Below are positions 1 to 13,384 of a stretch of 64,000 nucleotides of DNA, one piece after another. The position numbers were made by a program, and so were the translations under genes. The stretch lies in the NCBI GenBank assembly GCA_010015805.1, contig ML978144.1:124001-188000 (forward strand), in the 5' to 3' direction. The notes under the pieces were generated by a model, which searched no databases, was not told the DNA's origin, and saw only the letters and a program-made list of their open reading frames with translations. The DNA comes from Rhizodiscina lignyota. Taxonomy: Eukaryota. How positions within the stretch are numbered: position 1 is the stretch's first letter; each line of letters starts with the position of its first letter.

Positions 1-1588
1 CCTCCTTGCTCTCCTCCTTCTTGCCTCCCTCGTGTCGAAGTCGACGGCGCTTCGGAGCCGGCTGCTCCTCTCCGGGGCTTTGACGGGGTGCATCGCCCTC
101 AGCATCGTGATCGATCTCTGCTCGAGATCTCTTTCGCTGCGAGCGCATGCTGGCCGCCGTCACCTCCACCGGAGAGTGCGCACGCGGGCGCTTCTGCTGC
201 TGCTCAAGTAAGCAATGAAGTCTTGATGATAAAGGGGCTAACCAATCCTTACCCTGGCCCGAACGCCGCCTCCTTCGACCTCCTCTTCCTCCTCATCACG
301 GGGCGCACGGCGACGCTTCAAGGTCGCCAGAGGGACGTCATCGTCGGAGCTGGAGGAGCTGGAGTCGGAGATGACCGGGCGGCGGCGGGGGCGAGGAACA
401 TCGCCATCACCACGAGGTGATGCCCGCCCATAGACATACACCGCCGGAGCGGTGTAGTCCACTTTCTTGTCAAACTGCGCGAGCAGCTTCTTCTTGGTCT
501 TCTCCCACTCCTGCTCCTCCTGCCCCTCCTCCACGTCGGCCTTCTGCAGGTATGGGCTACGCCCAACCTGGAGAGGGTATGCCCGCAAGCTCTGCTTCAT
601 CATCTGCAGGAGCTTGCCCTCTGGCTCCTTCGCCTCGAACGCATCCACCCACCCGCCGTTGACGTGCATCTCCACTTTGGAGCGCACGGTTCGGAGTTTG
701 GCTTGCGAGCCACGGCGGAGCTGTTCATCTGACAGCTTCGGCTCACCAGTTCTGCCCCAGAAGATCTGGAGCAGATACCCTGGTGCGCCGTTGTGGGTGG
801 ATGAGTTCGGGACGGCGCCACCGTACGCCTTTCGCCAACGGATGTTGTTGGCGTCCATTGCGCTCCGCTTCCTCTTGTTGTCTTCTGCCATCGTGTTGGC
901 CTTCTCCTTGTCACTGCCAGTGTTGACTGGTGCCTCAGGGTTTATCCGGTCGATAACATCGTCCACTGAGCAGCAGTTTTGAATCAACATGGCAGTGTAC
1001 CAGCCCTCCTCCTCGCTGCCGATGAGGTTCGGCAGTGGATATGGCACCTCGTTGCCATATCCATCGTCATGGCAGACGACGCGGAGGGGGTTACCAGTTC
1101 GAAGGCTCACCAGATACTTGCCGTCGAGATCCACCAGTAGCTTTGTGGTGGATTTGATCTCTGGCGCGGCAAGCTTGAACATAGACAGAGGAAGGTTTGC
1201 CGCAGTGTAGTCTTGATGCTCCGTGATGAGGTAGGTGCGGTTGTTGCCTTGCCCTGCATGCTGGTTCTTGTGCTCTAAACAGGGAGTTAGGATTGTTTGG
1301 CATCGATATTCGAAAACACCGATGTTACTTACGGATTTGTTCCAGCTCGTTCCATTTGGCAAGGACTTCCGGATAGTTCTTGTACAGCTTGCACACGTCC
1401 TTCTCTATGTTTGTCGGGATTGGATCATCCTTCTTGTCCACAAGAGCGAAGCTATGTGCGCGTTAGTGGAGTTCTCTCAAATTTCTGACTTCCTTTGGAA
1501 GGACTTACGAGTGTCCCAAGCCGCGAAGGTCATGGGTAATGTGTGTTTTCTCTGTCGCGGCGTCGCGCGTTGTTCTTGTTCTACCCAT
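1..1588 (-). CDS. Uncharacterised family paralogue A (multi-exon, 3' end runs off the window)
   Basis: ATG at 1588 (MGRTRTTRDAA...). Two GTAAGT...CTAAC...TAG introns join it in frame to ORF 238..1362, which has the family core YTAANLP...LVDLDGKYLVSLRTG...LPNLIGSEEEGW...DVIDR...RWRKAYGG. A third intron (GTAAGG near 250) leads into an exon that stays open to position 1. The tail is basic (KRRR, KRPR) and acidic. Confidence 0.8.
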
Positions 1589-1645
1589 GTTTCTGGTGTT
1601 TCTGATGTTTGTTGCTGGGCGGGTTTAAGAGTTCTGGGGTTTTCG

Positions 1646-1731
1646 GGAGAGGAGGATATGGAATGAGAAGAGGATGCTTGGTGTCGGTGGAGAGGAGAAT
1701 GTAGAATGAGGAGAGGATGCTTGGTGTCGGT
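1646..1731. repeat. 43-bp direct tandem duplication in the 5' region of paralogue A
   Basis: ggagaggaggatatggaatgagaagaggatgcttggtgtcggt is followed directly by ggagaggagaatgtagaatgaggagaggatgcttggtgtcggt. Confidence 0.9.
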
Positions 1732-4700
1732 GGTGAAGCTGGCAGTCGAAGCTGAGAAGTTGTTGTTTTTGTCAGGTTGACTGAGTGTGGTGTGGGATTG
1801 TGCTTTTGGAACAAGCTCAAGAAAACTCTGCAGAGCTTAGGAAAATTTTGCTGAGCTTGCCGGTGTTGTAGCTATGTCGTCAAGGTGGCACAATGCCAAA
1901 AGTTTAATGCGCAGGGGCCAAGTGTTAAGAGGTGTCAAGAGCTGTCTGGTGTCAAGTGTGGATCATGAGACGCCACAATTGGTGGATCAAGAGCGTGATG
2001 GTTCTGCGAACGATTTGGAGAGTTTGAGAAAGCAGAAGAAGACAATCGGGTTGGACACTCAGTGATTTATTTTGGCTATTCAATGGTGGCTATCTATTGT
2101 TGTTGCTATTGAAGAGACGCGATCTATTGTTGTTTTTCTCGGATGGTGGCCATATGATGGTCGCATGCACCGCGAATCTCACTGGATGACGGAAACTCTC
2201 AATAATGTCGCGGGAATCAGCTTAATCGAAGCCAAATTCGCAGCCTAGGACTTGGAGTTTCCCTTTCAACGATATCACGCAGCTGAAGTACCATATACGC
2301 AAGATTCCAGCGCAGCAACACGTCTCGGTGGTAGATTATCAGAATCAAAATAGCGGAGCGGACAGACTCTCTATAGTCATCACGTGTAGAATTCTTTGGG
2401 CGATACTAGGCGATAAAGACATTAGGAAATCAGAATACGTATCCTTGTGGCTGCTAACCTGTAATTACTACACTATAGACGACGACAAAATTTGTGGGTC
2501 GAATAGTCGTCCATCAGATTAGATTTACTTATCAAAGTAATATGATGACTTTGAATGGCTTAGCGTTTCTTCTGATGCATCCCAGATCGGCTTAGTGGTT
2601 CATCCACTCGACTTCAACAATCTCTTTGTTATTTCAATCATTATTGTTGTGCAGGTGAGCTCTCTTCTTTTGTCAATGTAGAGCTAATAATACTAAACCT
2701 ACAGATCAGATTCATATCAAAACCTACCGCCTACAAGTGTCCCAAATTTAGCCACATCCTTGCCTATCGCGCTAGCTTTGCATACAACAGGAAAGAGTAC
2801 TCGACATCGAGGAGATATATAACATACTCGGTAGAGATGGAGCTCAAAGGCTATGGCTTGATCCTGTTATAAAGACAGTGATCGTTGCTCGGAATTTTGC
2901 TAGTCGGATAGATGCTTGTATCCATCTTTGCTGCGAGTTGGAAGGACAAAGGCTGAGATCCCTGTGGATCTACCTAGTGTATTATACTACTAAAGAGGTT
3001 CCTCTAACAGGTAGTTAAGGATATATCAACTCTATGCTGCCCATTTGAGTCAACCTGCATCAGCGTGGATCAATACATGAACCGCAGTAATTTGACACGT
3101 CAATTGCCGAGTCTCCTCACCAATCAGGGCATTATCCTTTAGACAGCGATATCGATGCGCGCACGACGTATGCCGACTCAGAGGGTCTCCGAGCCATACT
3201 CGGAGCTTTGCACAGCTCGGGCGGTATTTCAATGAAGGGTTTTCGTGCGATTCGAAGCACCACAACTCAGAGTCGCATGTAGTTGGCTTACCTGACTTTT
3301 TTGGTTGGACTTGTGAGCGATCTTCACCTTGCGGAACGCTCTGCGTAACAACCTTGATAACGATCGCTTGGGTGTATAACGATCACCTGTCATCGGCAGG
3401 GTAACGTCTGCGTCAAACCGTAATCTGAATGGGCGTGTCACTGGATTACATGGTACAATTGAAGAGCCGACCCATGTTCGCCACCGCAGTTCACCCTGAC
3501 CTGTTCATGAAAGCAGCGGGCCAAACCAGATGATCATTGACTCGTGTGACGGTCCGGTTCTGGGCATTGTTCATGCTCGGTGCGATAACAAGCATGAAGA
3601 GCCTCCACAGCCTTGTATATCTGCATCGGAAGTAATCCTCTCTCCATCCTCGATTTTTGGGGGTTCCAAAGGCTTAACGCTCGGACTGAGATAGCAATAC
3701 ATTCTGCTTTTCCTCTTCTCGTCCTGGTCCTGTTGTTCTAAGTGATAGCTCTCCTCACGCACGCCGTCAGGCAAACCGACCCCATGAAACAAACAGCCCA
3801 TATACAAACATGTCCGACCCTTTAACGCACTTTAAGCTGTAACAAAATGGAAACACCCAGTTCCCGCCTAAATCACCGCGACGTGTTTAAGTTTCCAAAA
3901 TGTCGGGCATTGCGCTGAATGCCAATCCTTCATCACACGGCAGAGCATTCATCAAACCATCGCGTTCTATCAGCTTGGGATCGACGCAACTTAATCATTA
4001 ATGGAGCAGCGAAGCGCCAGCTGGAGCTATGACATCGATGGTAAATAAAGTAGTGAATTGCTATCTCGAAAGGGACAAGCCTCGTCTTCCTCTAGACTAA
4101 TTGACTCTTTTCGCCTATCAGCCTCGGTAGACTTGGGCGGAAGACACCTGCCAAATGAATGTCGGTGGTCGGCTTTGGTTGTAGGCAAATTGCGCTGTGG
4201 TGATTCTGTTGACCTTGCCCACAAAGACACCTCACATCTGCTCTGAGCTAATGCTGAGCGACCAGTGATCAACACACGACACCAAACTCCCTCTTCTCCT
4301 TCTTGAAATCAATAATTACGCATCCCTCGAGATCGCGAGCTTCAAGAACTTGACCAAGACTGGTGGTTCTACGGGCGGGGTCTAGAACAATCTCCAGGTC
4401 AGAGTTTCTCCATAATGTCTTGATAATGTCTATCACATACTGGGCGGAGCAGCAACGCAAAGGCCGACGAGCCACATGAGGATAGTAGCAGTCTTCATGG
4501 TGAATACCGAGTCGAATCAGGAAAGCTTTGTTTTCAAGAGATAACTCGATCGATAAAGGGGAAATAGATGAGTTCGATAGCTCTGATGAAGCAACTGACT
4601 GTACTATGAACTTGACTGTAGTCTTGATTATTGAATACACGAGAATCGTCGAGGTTTATATACACCTTGGTTAGAGCGCCTGCTAATTAAACTGCTTCTC

Positions 4701-5816
4701 GTGAATTTGGAACACTGATATGACATCTAAAAGTATCTCATGGGACCCAACTCGGCACTGGATATCTTACTTCACAGCCCAGCGATAGGATAGCATCTTC
4801 ACACAGTGCTGCGCATCATTAGCCTTATAGAGATAAAGGTAAGGGTGTCCTCTGGCAATATCGACATGGATTTCACCCCCGACCTCGAGCTGAAGTGTAT
4901 ACAGCCGTCGACAACGTGTCCTACCGCCTTCTCAGCACCACCAGCACCAGCACCAATACCAGTACTAGTCCTTCGTTATTCACCCCCTCGCCTCGCCTCA
5001 TACACGCTAGGATACGTATACGCCACCAACGACCGCAGACCGACGTCCTATAGCTGAATAGCTAACGACAGCTAGCTATAGTTAGTACGACCTTAATTAG
5101 CCTGTCTGGCTAGCCTCCTTAAAACTATCTATACATAAGCAAAAATCTTTCATCTTATTATACTGTGGTTGTTAGCACTAGAGATAGGATTCTTGATATG
5201 TCTGGGCAAGATTATCACGACGGGAAAGATACATCGGATGGAAAGGTTTAGAGAGTTACAGAAGGAACCAACGTTAATTAGACTAGAAGAGGACATTGCT
5301 ATGCTTGTAGCCTGCTTTTCTCTGCTATGAAGCCAAACCAGCCGCCTGCAGTGTGTATTAGTCAGCTAGAGCCCCCACTTGACTTGAGCCAGCGATGGCC
5401 TAAAAGAGCATATGAAATTTGTCTCCTCCCCGTCCAGTTAGCACTAGGCCTGACTTGGGCAGTGCTGTTGAGTCCAAATTACCGGATTTGAGGCTGTTTA
5501 CGAGGGCCGCCTCGTTTAAGCCCATGTGAAGGCCTAATCAGTACAATATATATATTACTTCACGCTAGTACGAGGCCTTTCATTGGCTCCTTGCTCATAT
5601 GCATCGGTTTTGGTCCGGTGAGACGACAACCTTATATCAAACTAGACACCGATAGATTTTAGAACGTAACGAATTCGACGAACACTCAGTATATGAAACA
5701 TCATTGTGGCAGCAATCATTATAATCGCAACGTGGCCGTCTCGAGATTTGAGTGTTGGATTCGACGTGCAAGCAACGACTGTTGCGTCTTAACGGAGAGC
5801 GATATCGATCAAGACT

Positions 5817-6611
5817 ATGGTGCATTCTGCCGATGTACGCTACGCGCGGCTTGAGGACAAAGACTCGGTCAATGAAGACTCGCTGCCCTTTCAGAATCTC
5901 AATCCCCCGAGGAGAGCGCAGTTGCAACAATTGTCACCATACTTCATCATATACTTGTCGCTTTCAAGCATCATCATTATTATCCTGCTAGCCATGCTGC
6001 TTGCCCGAGTCAGCAGGGAGTCGAGAGAGTGTTCGAATTCGAGGCCTTTCAAGACTCCGCTGGGAAGACATTTGGAACTAATGTCTGTTTCTCATCATTA
6101 TGATGAGCTCTGGAAAGATGTTGAAGGGAATTCCAGCGAGATTAATATACCCGATTCAAGCGGCAACAATGCTATGGGAGCAATAGCCATGTAAGTTCTA
6201 TTGCAAGCTCGCGCTACGCGAGAATCGCACTGTTCTAATGGACGACAGGTTTCATCAACTTCATTGTCTCGGAGCATTTCGTCGTATCGTTCAAATGGCT
6301 CGCGTGGAAAACATCACTGGTTATGACATCGAATACGATCGACACTGGCCACACTGTTTCGATTACATGAGGATGGTGAGTTTGTTATCACAAAACTTCA
6401 CCTGAGATTTATTCTTACATCATTATTCTGTTACAAGACTATTCTGTGTTGGGCAGACGATACAGTTGAAAGATATTCTTACGATTTGAACGGAGAGCGA
6501 ACTGATTTCATCGATGGAGCATTTGATCTCAGGCAGTGTGGCAACAACCGAAAGTTGATTGACAAGGTACAGGCTGGTGGAAAAATAGTACATACGAAAC
6601 CGTTTCCCTGA
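5817..6611 (+). CDS. UstYa-like / DUF3328 oxidase (fungal RiPP/cyclic-peptide tailoring family)
   Basis: Three exons: 5817-6190, 6249-6375 and 6438-6611. The product has an N-terminal TM helix (YFIIYLSLSSIIIIILLAMLL), then the two HxxHC motifs MFHQLHCL and HWPHCFDYMR, then ILCWADDTVE...DG...RQC, the typical DUF3328 architecture. Confidence 0.9.
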
Positions 6612-7055
6612 GAAGTCGAACATTTTGGCACAACATCAATTCTAGCAATCGTTTTGAATCTGGGGCCTTCCATATCGCGCGATTTGACTGGACGGCCGGG
6701 TTATAGTCTGAGTGAAGGAGCTTGAAACTTGAGCTGTAGGACAAGGCACAACTCACGCGACGCTACCAGGGCCGAGATCGGTCAAGCAAAGCGTGTATGG
6801 AACGACAAGTCACTGTGACTGTTCTACAATTATTGTAATGGCCCGTCGGGACTTCAAGTTGTCATCATATTATTTGATGCGACCCGTTCCGCCAATCGGC
6901 TATCCAATTGTCCGCCGGCCACCAGGTTGCACTTTCGCAAGCCTAACCCTTTGTAGATAAAGAGACAGACATTTATCCCCATACGTCCTCACGCACTTTT
7001 CTCGACTGATACAAGGTCGATATATTCCGATCACAACTCAATAAGAAAGATCAGG

Positions 7056-8003
7056 ATGACAGCCACACCACAACTGCGTGTCCTTTTCTTCGACGTCTTT
7101 GGGACATGTGTAGCCCAGAGGACGCCAGTAGCGGACGAGCTATGGAGAGCAGCTCGAGAGGCGCTGGAGTCGGATGAGTCGTCGATTAGTAGTGAAGTCC
7201 GAACCAAGGCGACGAAGATGGTATGCCCCAGCTGGTTGAGCACTGCCGTAAAATATAAATTAATTTCTTTCGCAGTCATACGACCAGTGGTTCGAGTTCG
7301 GAGGGGTCGGTAGCTAACGAAATGACATTATCGCCAATTTAAGTGCTAACAGGAGCAGGAATGGAATAATGAGGGCGACAAATTCGTTCGCGGTAGTATC
7401 GCAAAACACGGCACCGTAGACTGGAGAGCAGTCGACAAGCATCGTATTGAATTACTGCCTAAACTCCTCGCACACCGCGGCCTGGTCATTCCACGCGAAG
7501 ATGCCAGCACCTCAGAGCTCCAAGTCGGTGAGGGTTCGCTCTGGAACGAGTCGCAACTCAAACATCTCGGCCTCGTCTGGCACCGTCTAAGCCCATGGCC
7601 CGACACCTCCCGTGGTTTGGATTTGCTTAATAGGCAATTCTCTACCGTAACCCTTAGCAACTCTTACAATGACTTGCTAGAACACCTGGTAGCGCATAGC
7701 AGCATCCCATTTACACGTATTTGCTCCGCCGACATGTTCCAATCCTTCAAGCCGAACCCCAAGGTATATCTCGGAGCGGCAGAGAAGATGGGCGTAAAGC
7801 CCGAGGAGTGTGGGCTTGTGGCCGCGCATCTAAGTGATTTGAAAGGTGCGAAAGCGTGCGGATTCTATACAATATATGTTGAGAGACCGTTGGAGGAAAA
7901 AAACCCAGAGTTGCGAGAGGAAAATATTCCAGATATATGGATTAAAGAGGATGAGGATGGCTTTGTTACTCTCACTGAGCGTTTAGGAATACAAGTTGAT
8001 TAA
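7056..8003 (+). CDS. HAD-superfamily hydrolase (haloacid dehalogenase type II-like)
   Basis: Motifs LFFDVFGT, WHRLSPWPD, TLSN, KPNPKVYLGA and LVAAHLSDLKGAKACG. Introns at ~7221-7275 and ~7306-7352. Confidence 0.9.
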
Positions 8004-8199
8004 ATGATTGTCGACAAATATTCCAATAGCTTCTAAATCATTCTTCTAGACCTTGCGGCCTTTCATTCCGAAGACCACAAATTTGATGTTGTGGTTTCTC
8101 CGGTGAATAGACTGGCCGGCTCAGGCTTCGTCAGGGATGTCAAATGCTGGCATCTATATCTATTGGCGTAACCATTGCGCTGAAAGTGCGACGGAAGAC

Positions 8200-8950
8200 C
8201 AATTGTGATTACGACCACAGACGGCCCAAGCCTGCCTCAAACGGAGCAACGAGACTCCACCCTCTGTGCGGCAATCTCATCTCATTCGCGCCGCTGGGGC
8301 TCTCTGATTCTGACGCAATCTCATCCTCTTCAACCTGTCTTTCCATCATCACTGCTTCTGGGGCTATCGCTGGCTCTCGCACTTCCATCCGTGCCACCTT
8401 CGTCTTTGGCTCTGGCTCGCCTGTTTCTGGCGGACTCTTGCGCTTCCGACCGCGCTTCCCTTTGCCTTCAGCTTCTTTGGCAGCTTCTTGCTTAGCACGC
8501 TTCTATCTTGCCTCCTGAAGGTCCTTAAAACTCATGACCTTCTCCTTTCCCAGTATAGTGACTTTGTTGACCGTCGAACCTTCGATTCGTCATTCGATTT
8601 GATAAAGAATCCGACTTGTTTGTGCTGGCTTTGTTACAGCACTTTCAGCCGGAATTGGTGAATTTCTGTAGATACCTGTCTAGGCTCTGTTTGCTAGTGT
8701 TATCAAGCGCGTGAGCAAACTTCCTGATGATAAAGTCTTGGAGCGACATAAGTGCCTCTACCGACACTGGCGTCGCAGGGGTTTTCGGTACTTCATCTTG
8801 CGGACAAGACGGCACCTTCACCTTGTCGGCTTTTGGAATGGTTAATTTAGGAGGAGGGGGAGGCTTAGAGGTGTCCTTAACTACTCTCTCTGGCCCCAGT
8901 CCACGTTTGGCAAATCCTGCGAGGACAGAAGACAGCGCTCCTAGCAACAG
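8200..8950 (-). mobile_element. Degenerate pogo/Fot1-type DDE DNA transposon remnant (transposase C-terminal part)
   Basis: The minus strand reads TPATPVSVEALMSLQDFI...HALDNTSKQSL.RYLQKF...VRRSTKSL/ILGKEKVMSFKDLQEAR*KRAKQEAAKEAEGKGKRGRKRKSP...EPKTKVARM. This is the characteristic C-terminal tail of fungal pogo-like transposases, here with stops and a frameshift. No TIRs were identified. Confidence 0.75.
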
Positions 8951-10120
8951 CAGCGATAAACTGAAGACCGAGAGATACATTATGATCAGCAAGAGGCTGA
9001 GCTAAATAACTTGAACGATTCAGCGATCGGGCAGGCAGTTTGGATCGGTCTCGGGACTTCCAGCACAATGAGTTTTGCCAAATCTACCTCCTCATCCTTA
9101 AGTATGCCGTCTAGTATCGAGACCGCCGCCGCTTGAATGACGGAATCGCCATTTTCATCGAGTAACACTCACAAAATTTCCGGTCTCCAGATTCTTGAAG
9201 CTGTTCCTGGCGAGAGAAATCTGCAGCGCCAAGTTGAGTGGTGGCCGTATGAGATGGCGGGGTTAACATTCCGCTTGAGCGACTCATGCGGCGAAATTGT
9301 CACTGAGCTGACGACGATGGCGCAATGACGCGTATTAGTTCCTGCAAAGAACCTTGACCGAGATGGTTAAGCATTAGTTCAAATTGGTCCGGACGGCATG
9401 TAGGAGGTGCAATGTGCTGGGTAAGCAAGGCAAGCTAAGTTGAAGCATCGACAACCCGACGCTGCCAGAGTGGATCCGGCTCATATTCACGTTTTGGCAT
9501 ACTAGTTTTAATGCATTACCGGGAGATATTGGACCCCATAGAGCTGGGAGGCGGCGTAAGTAACGCCTAACTGGCATACATTTGAAAAAGGGAATCCCAT
9601 TCAGCTACGTATTCAGTGGGACTTATTACACGCTATAGCGAGGCATTTTCACTATTAGTGACCGTCGTCCACCACCTTACCATGATATTAAGGTCGTGAG
9701 CTCTCCGTAGAGTGACTCGTCATTCACATAGGGAGCATTTGTTCATAGGCACTTGGTGATTGTGAACCTTTGTATTCGTCGACGCTATGTGCGGACCGTC
9801 ATCCTTTTCCCATTGATTAAAAGAAGTAAAGAAGAAGAAGAAACACTCGTTCAGAGGCCGCAGATTGGCTATACAAGAGTAGAACATCGCAGTCTACCCT
9901 TTAGGCAGGTGTACGCTTTCCAACAGTATGCAGAAAAGCCATACAACCAAGCGGCATCAAGTGTTCAACAAGAATGTAAAGAGGTACTGCAGTGCCCAGT
10001 TTGCCACTGTAATATGGGACCTGCACGAAACAGAAACAATTGCAAGAAGCTGTCCCCAGAATTTTGTCGTCGCAGGAAGTGCATAGTTGGAAGAATCGCC
10101 GGTGTGCGCTCTTTTCGCGT

Positions 10121-11925
10121 CTATATGTAGAGACCAGGTGCCTGAAGCGCGAGGTGCTGACCACAGAGGCGCACAGATGACTAGTCCTCGGCATTAGCAA
10201 TAGCCTTTTTATATTTATAGCAAAGGAGTATACACACCGCGAAGACAGAGGAGTTTCCAGGGAGAATAAAGGGCACTTGAGTGTTGCCCAGAGCCAGGTA
10301 TTCGTTCCAGTAGTGGTTATGGATGAACCTGATCATAGTGTCGATGGCGTCCTGCGGAGAAATGAGGCCGTCGTAGAGCAGGCCGTTAACGTAACGCACA
10401 ATGCTGACGAACCATTGCACAGGATTGGCAACTACGAACTCGAGATAGTAGACAGTCTCGAGGCGAGGGTAGTTGCCGTTTAGAGCTCCAGCTTGCTGGG
10501 CAGGGAGCATGAGAGCGTTTCCATGAGGGAACTGAGCGGCAGCAGCTTGCTGAGCCGGGAGCTGAGCCGGGACAGTGGCAGGAGGGTATGCGGAATGATG
10601 AGCGTGCGCCAGGGGCTGGTACTGGATGGAATTTTCAGCCCGAGGCAGCGTAAGTTGCTGCGACGGATGGACTGGAGGTGCGTAGGAGTAGCTCTCGCTA
10701 CCATCATCATCCTCGGTCCAATCTTCGCCTTCTTCGGTCTCATTCTCGTCTTCTTCAGTTTCATCATCATCGTTCTGTTGGTGCACAACCTGCGATCCGA
10801 GGGCATAGTGGGGGAGAGGAGGCATATGGAAGTGCCAGCCCTGCAAGGCATAGAAGCGCCTGATGACTGATTCCAGCCGGACACTTGGCATCCTGGCAGA
10901 CTGCAAATCGGCAACAGGATACACAATGGTGCCTCCTGGCTGGCGAATGGCACTCCCATCGATGCTGATGTTCCATACGGTGTTCTGAAGAGAATTAGCT
11001 TATTGTAAAGGTACTTCGATGATCAACTACTCACGTGGAACACTTTGCGCCAGTTGAACTGTCCCTCAGAATCGACCAGCTTCATGAGCGTTGTGTGGAC
11101 CGTCTGATTGCCTCTGCCACGCCTCTCACGGAAGCACCTGGCATTTGGATGAAATCCAGCAGCGAGCCTACGCCAGCGCCAGTCCTTATTGCCTAGGGAG
11201 CGTCGCAACTTCTCCGTATCATCCTTAAGATCCTGGTCATTGTATGGTGGGACCACTTCGTACTGCTTGAGAGGCATGATTCGGTCTATGCAGTCGCGGA
11301 TGTCTGGACCAAACTGGACGAACACTGCCAGACGCCAGCCCTCGACGACAGAAGCGATTGAGTGAGGCAGGAATTCGCCGAAATCCTTGAGGCAGCGTCC
11401 CGTACGAATGCTCTTCATGAAGTTGCCGAGAGGGTCACGGAGGAAGTACTTCTCATCACTTTGGGAGAGGTCTGGGACGCGGATGAAGTTCATGATGTAG
11501 GGAAGCTTGAGCTGGGAGACATCTTTGATCGCCGGTGCGGCGGTAGTCACGTCGTGTGGCTCCCGTCCACTCAATGGAGGATCGGCTATACACAAACTGA
11601 TCAGTATACAAGTGTTTATGTGTCTCTCCGTTCCAAGACAGGACTATGCAAACACTTACTCCAGGCAAGCTCCGGCTTGGTGCGTGAGAAGTAGGCACCT
11701 GTGTCTTTGTAGATCGACACATCTACATCTCCAGCTGGAATATCATCGACTATGTTCTTGACAGGCTTCCAGACGAGCTGTTTGGAGTAACATAGCATAG
11801 GACACAAGCATTAGAATCTTGGTGACACTTACATTGAGTCCGTCAATGCATTTGGTCACATTATTGCGATGCGGTGAGTAGCATATCGCCACAAAGCCCA
11901 CGGGGACTTCGTGGATGTTTGCCAT
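10121..11925 (-). CDS. Uncharacterised family paralogue B (multi-exon)
   Basis: ATG at 11925 (MANIHEVPV...). GTAAGT/GTGAGT introns join ORFs 11616-11807, 11023-11595 and 10181-10924. The core reads VSQLKLP...LRDPLGNFMKSIRTGRCL...LPHSIASVVEGW...DCIDR...RWRR...NTVWNISIDGSAIRQP, followed by an acidic tract and a Q/P-rich region. The last exon and stop are uncertain. Confidence 0.78.
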
Positions 11926-13384
11926 GACTGCGGCAGAGGTGTGTGCGTGTGTACTGTGTAGAGAAAGAGGACTGAAAGGTTTGCAAATGAAAATGAAGAT
12001 AAAGAACGACTGATTATTCAGCACGTCCAATGTGTTAAACTAGACTGCAACACCGACACCTTGGGAGCACTTTGTGACAGTCCTACGGCTTGCTTCACCC
12101 CTGCAGGAGCATTACCATAGGCAACGCTCAGCAGCCCTCAATGTCTGTGATAGTAGCCCGTAGTAAAGTTGATCGAATGAGCCCCCTATCATCCGTTGAA
12201 ATTCGATTTCTTAGCAGACCTTACCTGGAGTAGAGATTCCAAAATGAAGCCACCCTAGATCTATACTTAGCTCTCTCTTAGAACCGTGTAGAACATCAGC
12301 CCTGAATCTGCCAGAGAGCGATCCTGCCGTCTCCGATGTCGTGACTTGAGTTCCGGTTGACCAGACACCCAAGCGACAATCAGTGACATATAGGTGTATA
12401 GAGCAGACCCTAACCGCCTACACGGTCGATCTCCTTGATCCGGAGACCAGAATGTGCCACAGCCAGGAGCATCAGACCTCGCCAGGGAAGCTTGTTCACA
12501 TGCCCGCCAATGAGGACCGACAAGGTGACTCAGGATGGGCTTTGGGCCCGCTTTTTGCCAGCCACGTCCGCTGTCTCCAACACCATGGCGACGATCTCCA
12601 ACGGCTAAGTCCGTTAAGCCTTCTTGCCCTTGCCGCCAACCTCCTCCTACTGTGGCACGTGCGGAGAGCCAGGGAGTGTGCAAACTGCCGGCGCTAGGGG
12701 CAAGGACCACCTTCTCAGAGTATATATACTCACCTTTCTTCGACCTTCCTCCTCTTTTCTTCTTCAGTTCTCTTTGCCTTTTGGCTTAGATCAAACGAAG
12801 ATTTTGTTCTTCACAGTTTAATCTCTGTGACAAGACTACGGTCTTTTCCTTGATTATTCTACTATTTGGAACCGGGTCGGTTTCCTCTGTGCTTGCACAT
12901 GTTTCCTGCCACAGTGTCGCCGGTATTGCACTCTCTCCGGCTGACGCGAACCTTTTTACGCTTCTTTCATTGATTCTCCCACCTCGTGTGGGAGGTTGAC
13001 GAAGAAAGCCTTTGATCAATTTGCTCTGATGTCTCTCGTGCTGCTTGATGAATGTGTACTATGCTGTGCCTAGATGATCTTTCGTGACGCCGGTACTGTT
13101 GTTGCGACACGTCGACTTTGGTGAAGTAATGATACTGTAGGAAGGTGGAAAACTCAGTGGTGATCTTAGGAAAGAGGTGAGGCGTTGGAAATACGCATAC
13201 GTAGTAGTGGTAGTAGCAGCAGTAGCAGCGAACTCTAGTCTCAATCTGCATATTGTGATCCAGAAAATGAAGCCGTCGTAGCTTTCCAGCGGCCCAGCCG
13301 CATATGCTGAGTGAATTGTGATGTTGCTGTCGTCGCCATTGTGAGCCGGTGGTTGGTGGGCAGTCGTCCACAAAGTACACGCTC

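Noticed and set aside
2280..2370. Minus-strand YFDSDNLPP resembling block 1 of the paralogue family
   Set aside because: A stop follows shortly and none of the downstream blocks are present. It is most likely a chance match.
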